Of a stretch of DNA of 38,111 nt, positions 8,412-17,473 are shown one piece after another. Position 1 is the stretch's first letter. Every line of letters begins with the position of its first letter. Under the pieces are notes generated by a model. That model was not told the origin of the DNA. It did no database searches and worked only from the letters and a program-made list of their open reading frames with translations. The stretch lies in the IMG/VR virus record IMGVR_UViG_3300045988_094968, positions 1 through 38,111 of that record, one strand, 5' to 3'. The position numbers were made by a program, and so were the translations under genes. Source of the DNA: a virus.

Positions 8412-8668
8412 TCATACCTTGCTGTCAGGGAAGTAGCGACAGCAAGGTGTATTTTGATATTAAAACTCAAGATTGCAAGATCGTTGCGGACTATATACGC
8501 GATTCGTTTGAAACAGTCTCAAATCTTGACGTTTTTGAGTACTGGGGCTATCTGCATGATGCAGTAGTGTGGAATTGTTCAAAATCCGAAGCAGGCAGGC
8601 AATACCTTGAGGATGCGTACTACCAAATGCAGACAGAACCTGACCGTGCGGCGCTGAGAAAATTATAG
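8142..8668 (+). CDS. Tail assembly chaperone G-T fusion made by a -1 frameshift at 8402-8408 (about 175 aa)
   Basis: The -1 frame is open from 8396 to the stop at 8666-8668. The track ORF 8447..8668 starts at a GTG with no RBS, inside a hairpin arm. Confidence 0.6.
8402..8448 (+). promoter_or_regulatory. Programmed -1 ribosomal frameshift signal (C CCA AAC, 7-nt spacer, 11-bp hairpin)
   Basis: Heptamer CCCAAAC (X XXY YYZ in the G frame) at 8402-8408. Perfect stem ACCTTGCTGTC (8416-8426) / GACAGCAAGGT (8438-8448). Confidence 0.65.
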
Positions 8669-8681
8669 AAAGGCGGTAAAA

Positions 8682-11600
8682 ATGTCTAATAAATTAATCC
8701 GAGGACTTACAATTCAGCTTGGGGCTGAAACGACCAAGCTGGACAAAGCACTGAAAGATGCGGAATCAAGGACACGTTCCGCCTGCGGTGAACTGCGGCA
8801 GATAAACAGCATTCTAAAATCAGGCGGCGATTCTGCCGAAATGTGGAAGCAGAAGCAGGAAGTTCTTACAACTGCGATAGAATCAAGCCGCGAAAAGCTG
8901 AAAGCAATGCAGACGGCGCAAAAGAGCATTTCCGACCAGCTCCGAGACGGCAATATCGATAAGGGCGCATATGACAAGTTCAAGCAGGACGTTGAAAAGG
9001 CACAGAACAAGCTTGCCAAGCTGAAAGCCGAGCAGACCGAGATCGAAAAGAAATTCGATAATAAGGAAATCGATCAGGAAGCATATGACAAATTCCGCCG
9101 CAAGGTTGAAAACGCTGAGAAAAAAGTCAAAGATCTGAGAATCGCCGAAAAAGGGCTTGAAGAAAGTGTCCGTATCGGCGATGTCAGTGAAGATGCCTAC
9201 AGAGAATTCCGCCGCGAGTTAGAGCGAACCGAAGCAAATGTGCGCAATTTCAGCAATCAGTTGGGCGAGGCTAAAAGTCACCTCAAAGGTACGGGAGATG
9301 AAGCACAGGACACCGCAGATGATGTCAAGGAGCTTGGTGATAACGCCGAAAAAGTAAGCAGCGGCGGTATTTCTTCAATGACTGTTGCACTTGGCAATCT
9401 CGCGGCTGACGGTATCAGAAAAGCCGCCACTGAACTTAAAAATTTCACGACAGACGTTATAGAAACTGGCACGGAATTCGATGCAGGAATTTCCAAGGTC
9501 GGAGCTATCTCGGGCGCGAGCGCCGAGGACATGGAAAAGCTGAGAGAAAAAGCCAAGGAAATGGGCGCGTCAACCAAGTTCACCGCCGCCGAATCTGCCG
9601 AAGCACTTGAATATATGGCAATGGCAGGCTGGAAAACCGAGGATATGCTTTCAGGCATAAGCGGAATTATGGACTTGGCTGCCGCTTCCGGCGAAGATCT
9701 CGGAACTACGTCTGATATTGTAACAGACGCGCTTACAGCATTCGGTTTAACAGCCGCAGACAGCGGTCACTTTGCCGATGTTCTGGCGGCGGCATCTTCC
9801 AATGCGAATACCAATGTCAGCATGATGGGCGAAACGTTCAAATACGTTGCGCCTGTTGCCGGAACGCTGAATTACAGCATTGAAGATATGGCGGAAGCCA
9901 TAGGATTAATGGCGAACAGCGGTATTAAATCCTCGCAGGCAGGTACAGCACTGAGAACTATTATAACACGTCTGTCAACTGATGCAGGTTCTTCCTCAAA
10001 GTCTCTCGGAGCACTCGGCACGCTTGTTGAAAAGCTCGGAGTAGAGTTCTATGACACGAACGGTAAGGCACGCGATTTCGGAGATGTTATCGCGGAAACG
10101 CGCGAGGCATGGCAGGGATTGACCGATGAGGAGCAGACTACATACGGCAAAAAGATAGCAGGCGAAGAAGCAATAGCAAGCTGGCTTTCGCTTATGAATG
10201 CCGCTCCTGCGGACGTAGAAAAGCTTTCGGCAGCTATAAAGAAATGTGACGGCGCTGCTTCTGACATGAGCAGCACAATGCAGGACAATTTGCAGGGTGA
10301 TTTTATTCTTTTGGACAGTGCTGTTGACGGAATGAAAATATCCCTCGCAGATGAGCTTGAGCCTGAAATTCGGGATATCGTGCAGTACATCACAAAGAAA
10401 ATGCCCGACATTGAGGACGATTTGAGCAAGGTATTCAAAGTAGGCAGTAAGCTTGTTGGCGGGGCAGTCAAGACGCTGCCTGTTGTGGTTGATACCTTAG
10501 AACCGATAGCCCCGCTCATCACAGCGGTAGGCGTAGGAATAGGCACGCTGAAAGTCGCTCAGACTGCCGCAGACTGGATGAAAGGTCTTAATGCGGTAAT
10601 GTCAGCGAATCCTGCTGTTGCCGTTGCTACAGGCATTTTAGGCGTTTCTACGGTGCTGTTTGAGCTGTACAAGCGATATGACAGTATTCCCTCCTACACC
10701 GAAAGCATAAGCAAGATGTATGAGGGCGCATATGAGAACATCGACAATCTTGCCAAGTCAATGAAAGACATGAAAGACGGTTTCAACGAACGAGCCGGAG
10801 ACGTTCTGAACGAGACTGAGCGTACAAGGGATCTATGGGAAGAACTTGAAAACCTCGCTGATTCTACGGGACGCGTCAAGGATTCCGATAAGGTGCGGGC
10901 TGAGTACATACTCGGCGAGCTGAATGACGCGCTGGGCACAGAATATACAATGACCGACAACATGATCGATAAGTACAAAGAAATGGAATCGGAAATTGAT
11001 GACCTTATTGAAAAGAAAAAAGCCTCGTTGCTCCTTGACGAATATTCTGAGAATATCCCTGAATATCAGAAGATTCAGAAGGAAGCACAAGATAACTTCA
11101 CGTTTTATGACCAGCAGGCAAATGCATATGACAACGAATTGGCAGGGATCAATGATCAGTGGAACAATTACTACAATGCCAAGTACAAAAATACAACAGG
11201 GTATAAAGCCGGAATGTCAATTTCAGAATTTGCCGACAAATATATGCAGGGCATTAAAAACAGTGACGGAAAATACGATGAATCGCAGTCCAAATTCTCG
11301 CAAGAAGCTAAGCTATACAATCAATATATTACAGCACAAACAAACGTAAATGATAGCCGTAACGCGGCGGCAGGATATAAGCGCGACTGGCAGGAAGCAA
11401 CAGCCGCTATTGAAAAATACGACACGGCGTTTAAAGCCTTCTCCAATGGGGATTTCGATGCGGTAGTAACTGACTTGTACGGCACTCAGAATGAAGTATA
11501 CGCGATTCTTGATGACGCTGAATCAGACCTTGAAAAGCGAAAGGAAGCTGTCAAAAAAGGCATGGCAGACCTTAGCTCGGAGCTGAAACTTGCACTTTCA

Positions 11601-12443
11601 TCGGACAGTCAGGCGGCTATGGACGATGTGTTCGAGTCGATTGGAGAACTTTACGAAAAATCGCAAATCGCAGGAGTTGACGCAACTGAACTCATGACAG
11701 ACGAAATGCGTGACAGCATTCAGAAAATGCTTGACGCAGGTTTTGACGTTACAAAACTCGGCGAGTGGTTCGCAAATTCGGGCATAAAGACAAGCGATGT
11801 TTTCAACGGAAATTACGTTGATATTGTTCAAAAACAGCTTGACAAGGGCTATGATGTCACGAAGCTGCTCGAATGGGGCATGAACTCAGGCAGCCTTACG
11901 GGAGATGACTTCTGGCGATTTTACGACCAGAACTGTCAGAACGGTTTTTCCACCACTTTCGGCGATGGTGAAAACAGTCTTTCCAAGGGTATACTTGAAT
12001 GGGCACGAAGAAATGGTATAGACGCAGGAGAACTTTTCGGAGAAAATTACTCTCACACCGTAAGCGAATGGACACGCTGGCTGTATGATAACAACAACCT
12101 TATCCAGAAAAGTATCAACAGTGCGTCAGACGCACGGCTTTACAAGAACGGCGCATACAGTATGAACGCTGTAGGCGGTATCATATCAAACGCAGGATTC
12201 GGACGCGGTATTGTTGCTGAATCGGGTCCGGAGCTGCTGGAGATCATCAACGGCGGCGTTAAGGTCACACCTCTTAGCCGAACTTCCAAGCTTACACCTG
12301 TTCAGGACGGCAATACACAAAAGGTGTTTTACTTCAACAACACGATAAACGCAACAGTTTCGGGGCGGTATGATGTGCGCAGAATCGCCGAAGATCTCGC
12401 GGCTGAGCAGAGAGCAATCGAAACAGGAAGGGGCATGGTATGA
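8682..12443 (+). CDS. Tail tape measure protein (TP901-type core)
   Basis: 1253 aa with an N-terminal coiled coil, a core 'GASTKFTAAESAEALEYMAMAGWKTEDMLSGISGIMDLAAASGEDLG', and hydrophobic Gly/Ala segments. Confidence 0.92.
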   Translation: MSNKLIRGLTIQLGAETTKLDKALKDAESRTRSACGELRQINSILKSGGDSAEMWKQKQEVLTTAIESSREKLKAMQTAQKSISDQLRDGNIDKGAYDKFKQDVEKAQNKLAKLKAEQTEIEKKFDNKEIDQEAYDKFRRKVENAEKKVKDLRIAEKGLEESVRIGDVSEDAYREFRRELERTEANVRNFSNQLGEAKSHLKGTGDEAQDTADDVKELGDNAEKVSSGGISSMTVALGNLAADGIRKAATELKNFTTDVIETGTEFDAGISKVGAISGASAEDMEKLREKAKEMGASTKFTAAESAEALEYMAMAGWKTEDMLSGISGIMDLAAASGEDLGTTSDIVTDALTAFGLTAADSGHFADVLAAASSNANTNVSMMGETFKYVAPVAGTLNYSIEDMAEAIGLMANSGIKSSQAGTALRTIITRLSTDAGSSSKSLGALGTLVEKLGVEFYDTNGKARDFGDVIAETREAWQGLTDEEQTTYGKKIAGEEAIASWLSLMNAAPADVEKLSAAIKKCDGAASDMSSTMQDNLQGDFILLDSAVDGMKISLADELEPEIRDIVQYITKKMPDIEDDLSKVFKVGSKLVGGAVKTLPVVVDTLEPIAPLITAVGVGIGTLKVAQTAADWMKGLNAVMSANPAVAVATGILGVSTVLFELYKRYDSIPSYTESISKMYEGAYENIDNLAKSMKDMKDGFNERAGDVLNETERTRDLWEELENLADSTGRVKDSDKVRAEYILGELNDALGTEYTMTDNMIDKYKEMESEIDDLIEKKKASLLLDEYSENIPEYQKIQKEAQDNFTFYDQQANAYDNELAGINDQWNNYYNAKYKNTTGYKAGMSISEFADKYMQGIKNSDGKYDESQSKFSQEAKLYNQYITAQTNVNDSRNAAAGYKRDWQEATAAIEKYDTAFKAFSNGDFDAVVTDLYGTQNEVYAILDDAESDLEKRKEAVKKGMADLSSELKLALSSDSQAAMDDVFESIGELYEKSQIAGVDATELMTDEMRDSIQKMLDAGFDVTKLGEWFANSGIKTSDVFNGNYVDIVQKQLDKGYDVTKLLEWGMNSGSLTGDDFWRFYDQNCQNGFSTTFGDGENSLSKGILEWARRNGIDAGELFGENYSHTVSEWTRWLYDNNNLIQKSINSASDARLYKNGAYSMNAVGGIISNAGFGRGIVAESGPELLEIINGGVKVTPLSRTSKLTPVQDGNTQKVFYFNNTINATVSGRYDVRRIAEDLAAEQRAIETGRGMV

Positions 12444-13153
12444 GTTATTTTATTTTCAACGGCAAAAGCAGTGAAGATCTCGGGCTTATTGTGAAAAAGC
12501 CTATAATCCGCCCCACATGGAGCGAGAATTACGCTGAAAAGGCTCTCACGGGTGCGCTGCGCAAGATCATGCAGAAAAGCGAATATTACGAAAATTCAAG
12601 CATGACAATAGAGAGTTATGTCCACGAAGCTTCGCCCGAGAAAATGAGGGAGATATACAGTGTTCTCAAAGGAACGGGCCAACTGTGGATATCTACTGCT
12701 CCTGACGAAGTGCTCGATGTTATAATTAATCCTCTCGTTCCGCAGGCAGTCGCAATTCTTGCGGCTGATGTTCCGATAAATGTAGTGTGCAGACCGTTTG
12801 CGTATGCACTGAATCCGACAACTGCCGACCTGTCAGGCGCAACGGATTACACCGAACTTGAAAACAAGGGTACACTGTTTTCAGCACCCGAGATCAAGTT
12901 TACGCCGACCGAATCGGAGATAACTATCGATACCAACGGCAGCGAGTTTACAATCAGCGGACTTACGGCAGGAACCGAGTACATAATCGACAGCGAGCTG
13001 CAAGTCGTTTACTACGTCAAAAACGGCAGTAATATGGATATAACGGCGAAGAGCAAGTACGGATTTCCGCTGCTTCATGTCGGAAAGAATTACATCAAAC
13101 ACGGCGGCAAGGCATCTGCTATGACCGTCAATGTTCGCGAACGCTGGCTATAA
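12440..13153 (+). CDS. Distal tail protein (Dit-like)
   Basis: 237 aa. ATGA overlap with the tape measure stop. Canonical position. Confidence 0.65.
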   Translation: MSYFIFNGKSSEDLGLIVKKPIIRPTWSENYAEKALTGALRKIMQKSEYYENSSMTIESYVHEASPEKMREIYSVLKGTGQLWISTAPDEVLDVIINPLVPQAVAILAADVPINVVCRPFAYALNPTTADLSGATDYTELENKGTLFSAPEIKFTPTESEITIDTNGSEFTISGLTAGTEYIIDSELQVVYYVKNGSNMDITAKSKYGFPLLHVGKNYIKHGGKASAMTVNVRERWL

Positions 13154-13165
13154 AGGAGAGATTCT

Positions 13166-14065
13166 ATGACAGGAACAGGAACGCAGACAGACCCGTATAT
13201 CGTTGACACATGGGCAGATTTTGTGACGGCGGTTGGAAAGTCGGGAGTATACGTTGAATGCCTTGAGGGGACAGACTGGGATATGAACGATATTGCGCCT
13301 AACGGCGTAGGGCAGGTATCTGTGCTGGCAAAATCAGTCAACGGAAACGGGACGGCGATTAAAAACATATTTAAAAACGGTGGCGTTGTATTTGCAATAA
13401 CTTCAAGCTGTACCGTAAGTGGTTTTAATATCACAAGCTTTCTTGTCGAAAACGGGGCAGCGTTATTTCGGATAAGCTGTGGTTCGCGCGTTGATTGCTA
13501 TTTGCGGAATATGCGATTCAGCGGCATGGTGACAGATTCATATTTTGTGATATCAGGCGGTGAGTATGATAATTCGTATTCGCGCCCGATAGTGTATAAT
13601 TCATCGTTTAATATTATATTTCAGGGAAATTCAGCATTTTCACGACTGAAAGCAAACAGTTTTCCTAACGCGATAGACTTGTACTACTGCAACGTTAAAT
13701 TCTCAGGTGCGTCTACTCATACAGGGGCAACAGGTACGTCTATCGGATATAACGCAATAGCGTTCCACAATTGCATTGTTACAGGCAACAATCCGTTTTT
13801 GAATATATGTATTGACGGGACACCGTCAAGCAGCTATTGGTGGGCATGGCATTCGGAGTACAGTGTTTTTGATTTTGTATGTGAATCAACACAAAAGATT
13901 AACGTGCTATACTCTTCGCGAAATCAAAGTTCAGTGTGCCTGATAAATTCTGATAAATTGAACGGTGCAACTGTGTCAGCGCAAAATATAAAACAGGTGA
14001 CAGAAGAACAGCTTGGCAGCGCGTCGTATTTGCAGTCAATCGGATTCCCGATAGGAGTTGAGTGA
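13166..14065 (+). CDS. Tail-associated protein with beta-helix-like repeats (possible receptor-binding/depolymerase-like)
   Basis: RBS AAAGGAGAG. The N-terminus 'GTQTDPYIVDTWADF' is followed by short repeats rich in N/S/G/F. The gene sits between the Dit and Tal genes. Confidence 0.45.
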   Translation: MTGTGTQTDPYIVDTWADFVTAVGKSGVYVECLEGTDWDMNDIAPNGVGQVSVLAKSVNGNGTAIKNIFKNGGVVFAITSSCTVSGFNITSFLVENGAALFRISCGSRVDCYLRNMRFSGMVTDSYFVISGGEYDNSYSRPIVYNSSFNIIFQGNSAFSRLKANSFPNAIDLYYCNVKFSGASTHTGATGTSIGYNAIAFHNCIVTGNNPFLNICIDGTPSSSYWWAWHSEYSVFDFVCESTQKINVLYSSRNQSSVCLINSDKLNGATVSAQNIKQVTEEQLGSASYLQSIGFPIGVE

Positions 14066-14066
14066 T

Positions 14067-15458
14067 ATGGCATGGTACATGACTGATAGCGGTTTATACA
14101 ATGATGAATTTATATCATTGCCTGCAAAACCGATAGAAAAACCGTTTCCGTATGCCATTTGGCGCATATCGTCGTCTGTGAACAGCGGCGTGCCTTACAA
14201 TGAACTTCTTCCCGACATACGGGGCATTGACCTATGGGCACTGGAACGGAAACGAACGATTCACGTTTATGATCTTCACGAACCGCAGACAGGTTTTGAC
14301 GGGAACGGACTTGCCATTCTCGACCCTATCGAATGCACATCTGTGCATAACGATGAACGTTGGGAAATAACTCTCCGTCACCCGTTGGACGAATGGGGCA
14401 AGTGGAAGAACTTGCTCGTGAATAACATTTTGAAAGTTGATGGTCAGCTATTCCGCATTGATACCAGTCAGCCCGAAATCAGTGAAAGCGGTCGCGAGAT
14501 AAAAGTTCATGCAAAGCATATTTCGTATGATCTGAATGATTTGCTGATACACTTTGCGACTTTCGACGGCGGCAATGCAGAACGGTTTATTCAGTTTGCA
14601 CAGTCGTCCGTTGAGGGACAATGGGAAAAGGAATGGGCACACACTGAGCAGTATGAGTTTGAGGGGCATTCCGACATTGAGACAGTTCTCGGCGCGGAAG
14701 AGTATGTAAATGTCACGTTCTGGGGTGCTATGGTAGGTGCTGACAACAGCTTGATGAATCGCTATGGCGGTGAACTTTATCGCGACAATTTCTATTTCAG
14801 TATCAACAACAGAATGCAGTATGCCCGCGATAATGCGTTTTACCTGCGCTATTCGCTGGACATGGTGAAGATACTGCAAAAGGTAGACTACAGTGACTTC
14901 TGCACGGCGTTGTACTGTTATGACAACTACGGGCAGATGTGGGGTATTACAAACGTTGCTATCAACGACAGAATGCACCACGCGATCAGCCGCATGGTGC
15001 AGTTCAATTATTCTGAGTGTGATATGGACAGACTTATCGCAGACGGAAACGCGTACTGGAAAACAGTCTGCTATCCTAAAATCACCTATGAAATTGAAAT
15101 TGCGGCACTGAAAGACGATGAGCGGTATGCCGATTTTGTTGACCTACAGAATTACAATTATGGCGATTCAGGCACGATATACTGTCCCGAGCTTGACATC
15201 AACGAAGTTCAGAAAATCACCGAGGTGGAAAAAGACGAGCTGACAGGAAATATTACGCGAATGGTTCTCGGAAATCTCGCGTCATCGTTCGTTCGTCCGC
15301 GATACATGGGCAGTACGATCACGAGCGGCAATTCAGCGGCAGACAAGCAGAACCGCGCTGTTCAGGAATCCGTTATCACAACCGACATAAATGGAATGGA
15401 ACAGTTCCCGATATGCAGAGCGGAAATAATGAAGATCAGTAAACTGGAGGGGAAATAA
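14067..15458 (+). CDS. Tail tip protein (Tal / prophage tail endopeptidase N-terminal-like)
   Basis: ATG 14067 lies 9 nt after TAGGAG (the track TTG at 14058 is less likely). 'NGLAILDPIECTSVHNDERWEITLRHPLDEWGKW...DGQLFRI' resembles Tal N-terminal domains. Confidence 0.65.
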   Translation: MAWYMTDSGLYNDEFISLPAKPIEKPFPYAIWRISSSVNSGVPYNELLPDIRGIDLWALERKRTIHVYDLHEPQTGFDGNGLAILDPIECTSVHNDERWEITLRHPLDEWGKWKNLLVNNILKVDGQLFRIDTSQPEISESGREIKVHAKHISYDLNDLLIHFATFDGGNAERFIQFAQSSVEGQWEKEWAHTEQYEFEGHSDIETVLGAEEYVNVTFWGAMVGADNSLMNRYGGELYRDNFYFSINNRMQYARDNAFYLRYSLDMVKILQKVDYSDFCTALYCYDNYGQMWGITNVAINDRMHHAISRMVQFNYSECDMDRLIADGNAYWKTVCYPKITYEIEIAALKDDERYADFVDLQNYNYGDSGTIYCPELDINEVQKITEVEKDELTGNITRMVLGNLASSFVRPRYMGSTITSGNSAADKQNRAVQESVITTDINGMEQFPICRAEIMKISKLEGK

Positions 15459-16075
15459 TGAGCACGACATACACGGAAAATTATCAGTTAGGAATGCAGG
15501 AAAACCACAACGACAAATTCAGTATGGCGGTCATAACCGAAAACATGAAAGCTATTGACAAGCTGCTCAAAGCGCACGAAAAGCATATTGTTGGATTCAT
15601 TGACGGAGATTCGAGAAAGAACCTTCTTCCCGTTAATGATGTGAGTTTTACTGCCACAAGTTCGACAAAGTGGTACGAAATTCAGCTCCAGCAGCCCATT
15701 CCGAAGGGGAAGTATATGCTGAGTTTTGGCAGCATTTCATCTACCGACACAGACAGTACAACGTGCAGGATCATGTTCTTTTCAGCGAACTGGACGGACA
15801 CTCTGACAGACATTCAGGCAGAGCGTGGGGAGAACCTGACGCAGGAAATCACGCTCGTAAAAGACTGCGCTATTATTCGATTTTGTGCAGCGTCAACGGC
15901 GACTGGTGGTGTTGACGATACCCTGACGTTCACGGACGCTATGATATGCGAAAAGAGCATTTATGACATTACCGCTAAATACGTTCCGTATTCGCCGACA
16001 TATCAGGAACTTGTCGCGCGGGTGGCTGCGCTTGAGGCAAGTACAACAACAGCATCAGAGGAGGCAACAGTATGA
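15458..16075 (+). CDS. Tail fibre / receptor-binding candidate
   Basis: 205 aa. The N-terminus 'TENYQLGMQENHNDKFSMAVITENMKAIDKLL' resembles the conserved fibre N-terminal motif. It is the last structural gene before the holin. Confidence 0.5.
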   Translation: MSTTYTENYQLGMQENHNDKFSMAVITENMKAIDKLLKAHEKHIVGFIDGDSRKNLLPVNDVSFTATSSTKWYEIQLQQPIPKGKYMLSFGSISSTDTDSTTCRIMFFSANWTDTLTDIQAERGENLTQEITLVKDCAIIRFCAASTATGGVDDTLTFTDAMICEKSIYDITAKYVPYSPTYQELVARVAALEASTTTASEEATV

Positions 16076-16452
16076 AATACATAATCATGATATTAATAAT
16101 CATCGGTCTTGCGCTTGCAGACTATGTCACAGGATTCATCAAGGCGTACTGCAATGACGACATATGCAGCGCCAAGATGAGAAAGGGCGGATTGAATAAG
16201 ATTGGCGAGATCGTTGTAATGGTGACAGCCTGCGGACTGGATATCGGCATACACGAGCTGGGCAAGTACTATCAGGCTGTGGAGCTGTCCGACATCGCAG
16301 GCATTGTGACGGCGGTTTTAGTTTTCACCTACATCACCGTTATGGAGATAGTCAGCATTTTCGAGAACTACGCCGAGATCAATCCCGATGCGCAGTGGGC
16401 ACTGAAAATAATTAAAAAGCTGAAGAACTTCAACAAGGAGGACAAGTCATGA
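16072..16452 (+). CDS. Holin (phage_holin_4-like)
   Basis: 126 aa with about 3 TM segments and 'LADYVTGFIKAY...SAKMRKGGLNKIGE'. It lies directly upstream of the endolysin. Confidence 0.8.
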   Translation: MKYIIMILIIIGLALADYVTGFIKAYCNDDICSAKMRKGGLNKIGEIVVMVTACGLDIGIHELGKYYQAVELSDIAGIVTAVLVFTYITVMEIVSIFENYAEINPDAQWALKIIKKLKNFNKEDKS

Positions 16453-17216
16453 AATACGATTACAACGATGAAACGCAGCTTTCGGAGCATTTCAATGCAA
16501 GGGAGTTCCGCTGCAAGTGTGGTAAAACGCATGATACGGAACTCAACCCCAAGCTTGTGGCAGATCTCGAAAAAATCTACAGGGCACTTAGTTGCTCTAA
16601 GATCATCGTGACAAGCGGCTACCGCTGCCCTACACACGACAAGAATGTAGGTGGCAACGGAACAGGTCAGCACACCAAGGGCAACGCTGCGGACATCATA
16701 TGCTACGGTCAGGACGGCAATATCATAAGCACCAAGAAAGTTGCCTGTAAAGCGCAGGATATCGGTTTCAGAGGCATTGGCAACATCGACAGTACATACA
16801 CTGCAATTCACGTTGACGTGCGTACAGGAGCTAAGTGGTACGGCGATGAAGCCGTGCGTGGCGGCACTTCGGGAAGCGTGACGGATGACTTTTACAGGTA
16901 CTACGCAGTCACAACAGAAACAAATCCGATATCTGAATTGCAGCAGATCTTAAATGCCAAAGGCGCATCACTGGCTGTGGACGGTATCGCAGGCACAAAG
17001 ACACTCGCGGAGTGCCACAAGTACACTATCAACGATGGCGACAGCGGTGAGCTGACGCGCTGGGTTCAGGCAAGGCTGAATGCTATCGGGTTTAACTGCG
17101 GAGCGGCAGACGGTATCGCAGGCGAGCGAACCATGACCGCTATCTACAACTTCCAGCAGGCTAATCGGCTCGGGATTGGATATCTCGGCGGTAGTGACTG
17201 GGACGCTCTCATATGA
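16449..17216 (+). CDS. Endolysin: M15-type zinc peptidase plus two PG_binding_1-like repeats
   Basis: 'FRCKCG...SGYRCPTHDKNVGGNGTGQHTKGNAADI...AIHVDV' carries the H/D/H metal ligands. The C-terminal repeats are 'LAVDGIAGTKT' and 'AADGIAGERT'. Confidence 0.85.
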   Translation: MKYDYNDETQLSEHFNAREFRCKCGKTHDTELNPKLVADLEKIYRALSCSKIIVTSGYRCPTHDKNVGGNGTGQHTKGNAADIICYGQDGNIISTKKVACKAQDIGFRGIGNIDSTYTAIHVDVRTGAKWYGDEAVRGGTSGSVTDDFYRYYAVTTETNPISELQQILNAKGASLAVDGIAGTKTLAECHKYTINDGDSGELTRWVQARLNAIGFNCGAADGIAGERTMTAIYNFQQANRLGIGYLGGSDWDALI

Positions 17217-17221
17217 CAGAA

Positions 17222-17254
17222 AAACGGCAGGGGATAGTTTCCTCTGCCGTTTTT
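17222..17254 (+). terminator. Rho-independent terminator after the lysis genes
   Basis: AAACGGCAGGGG-ATAGTTT-CCTCTGCCGTTT (9-bp GC core with one G.U) followed by a T-run. It is flanked by an A-run, so it may act in both directions. Confidence 0.6.
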
Positions 17255-17421
17255 GACCATTAAGAGATAACGCATGAAAGTATGTGGGAAAAGATAATAA
17301 ATTAAAATTTACGTTACCTCTATATTCTATTATACCTATAACTCGCGGTAAGTCAAGACCGCACCGAAAAATAATTGTCGAATTTTGGCGAATAAGTAGT
17401 AACAAGAAGATACAATGCCTA

Positions 17422-17473
17422 AAATCATATCTTTGTTCAATTTAGACCGCCTAACTGCTCGAAGATATGATTT
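17422..17473. repeat. 52-bp element with perfect 12-bp terminal inverted repeats; candidate attP
   Basis: AAATCATATCTT (17422-17433) and AAGATATGATTT (17462-17473) are separated by 28 nt and abut the integrase stop codon. Confidence 0.35.

Noticed and set aside
8218-8436. 72-aa ORF in the +1 frame inside the chaperone gene
   Set aside because: It is not the frame reached by the slippery site, it has no RBS, and its composition looks like an out-of-frame read.
9000-9260. Imperfect tandem peptide repeats in the tape measure N-terminus ('AYDKFK/R...VE.A..K')
   Set aside because: This is ordinary coiled-coil periodicity in tape measure proteins. It is not a separate element.
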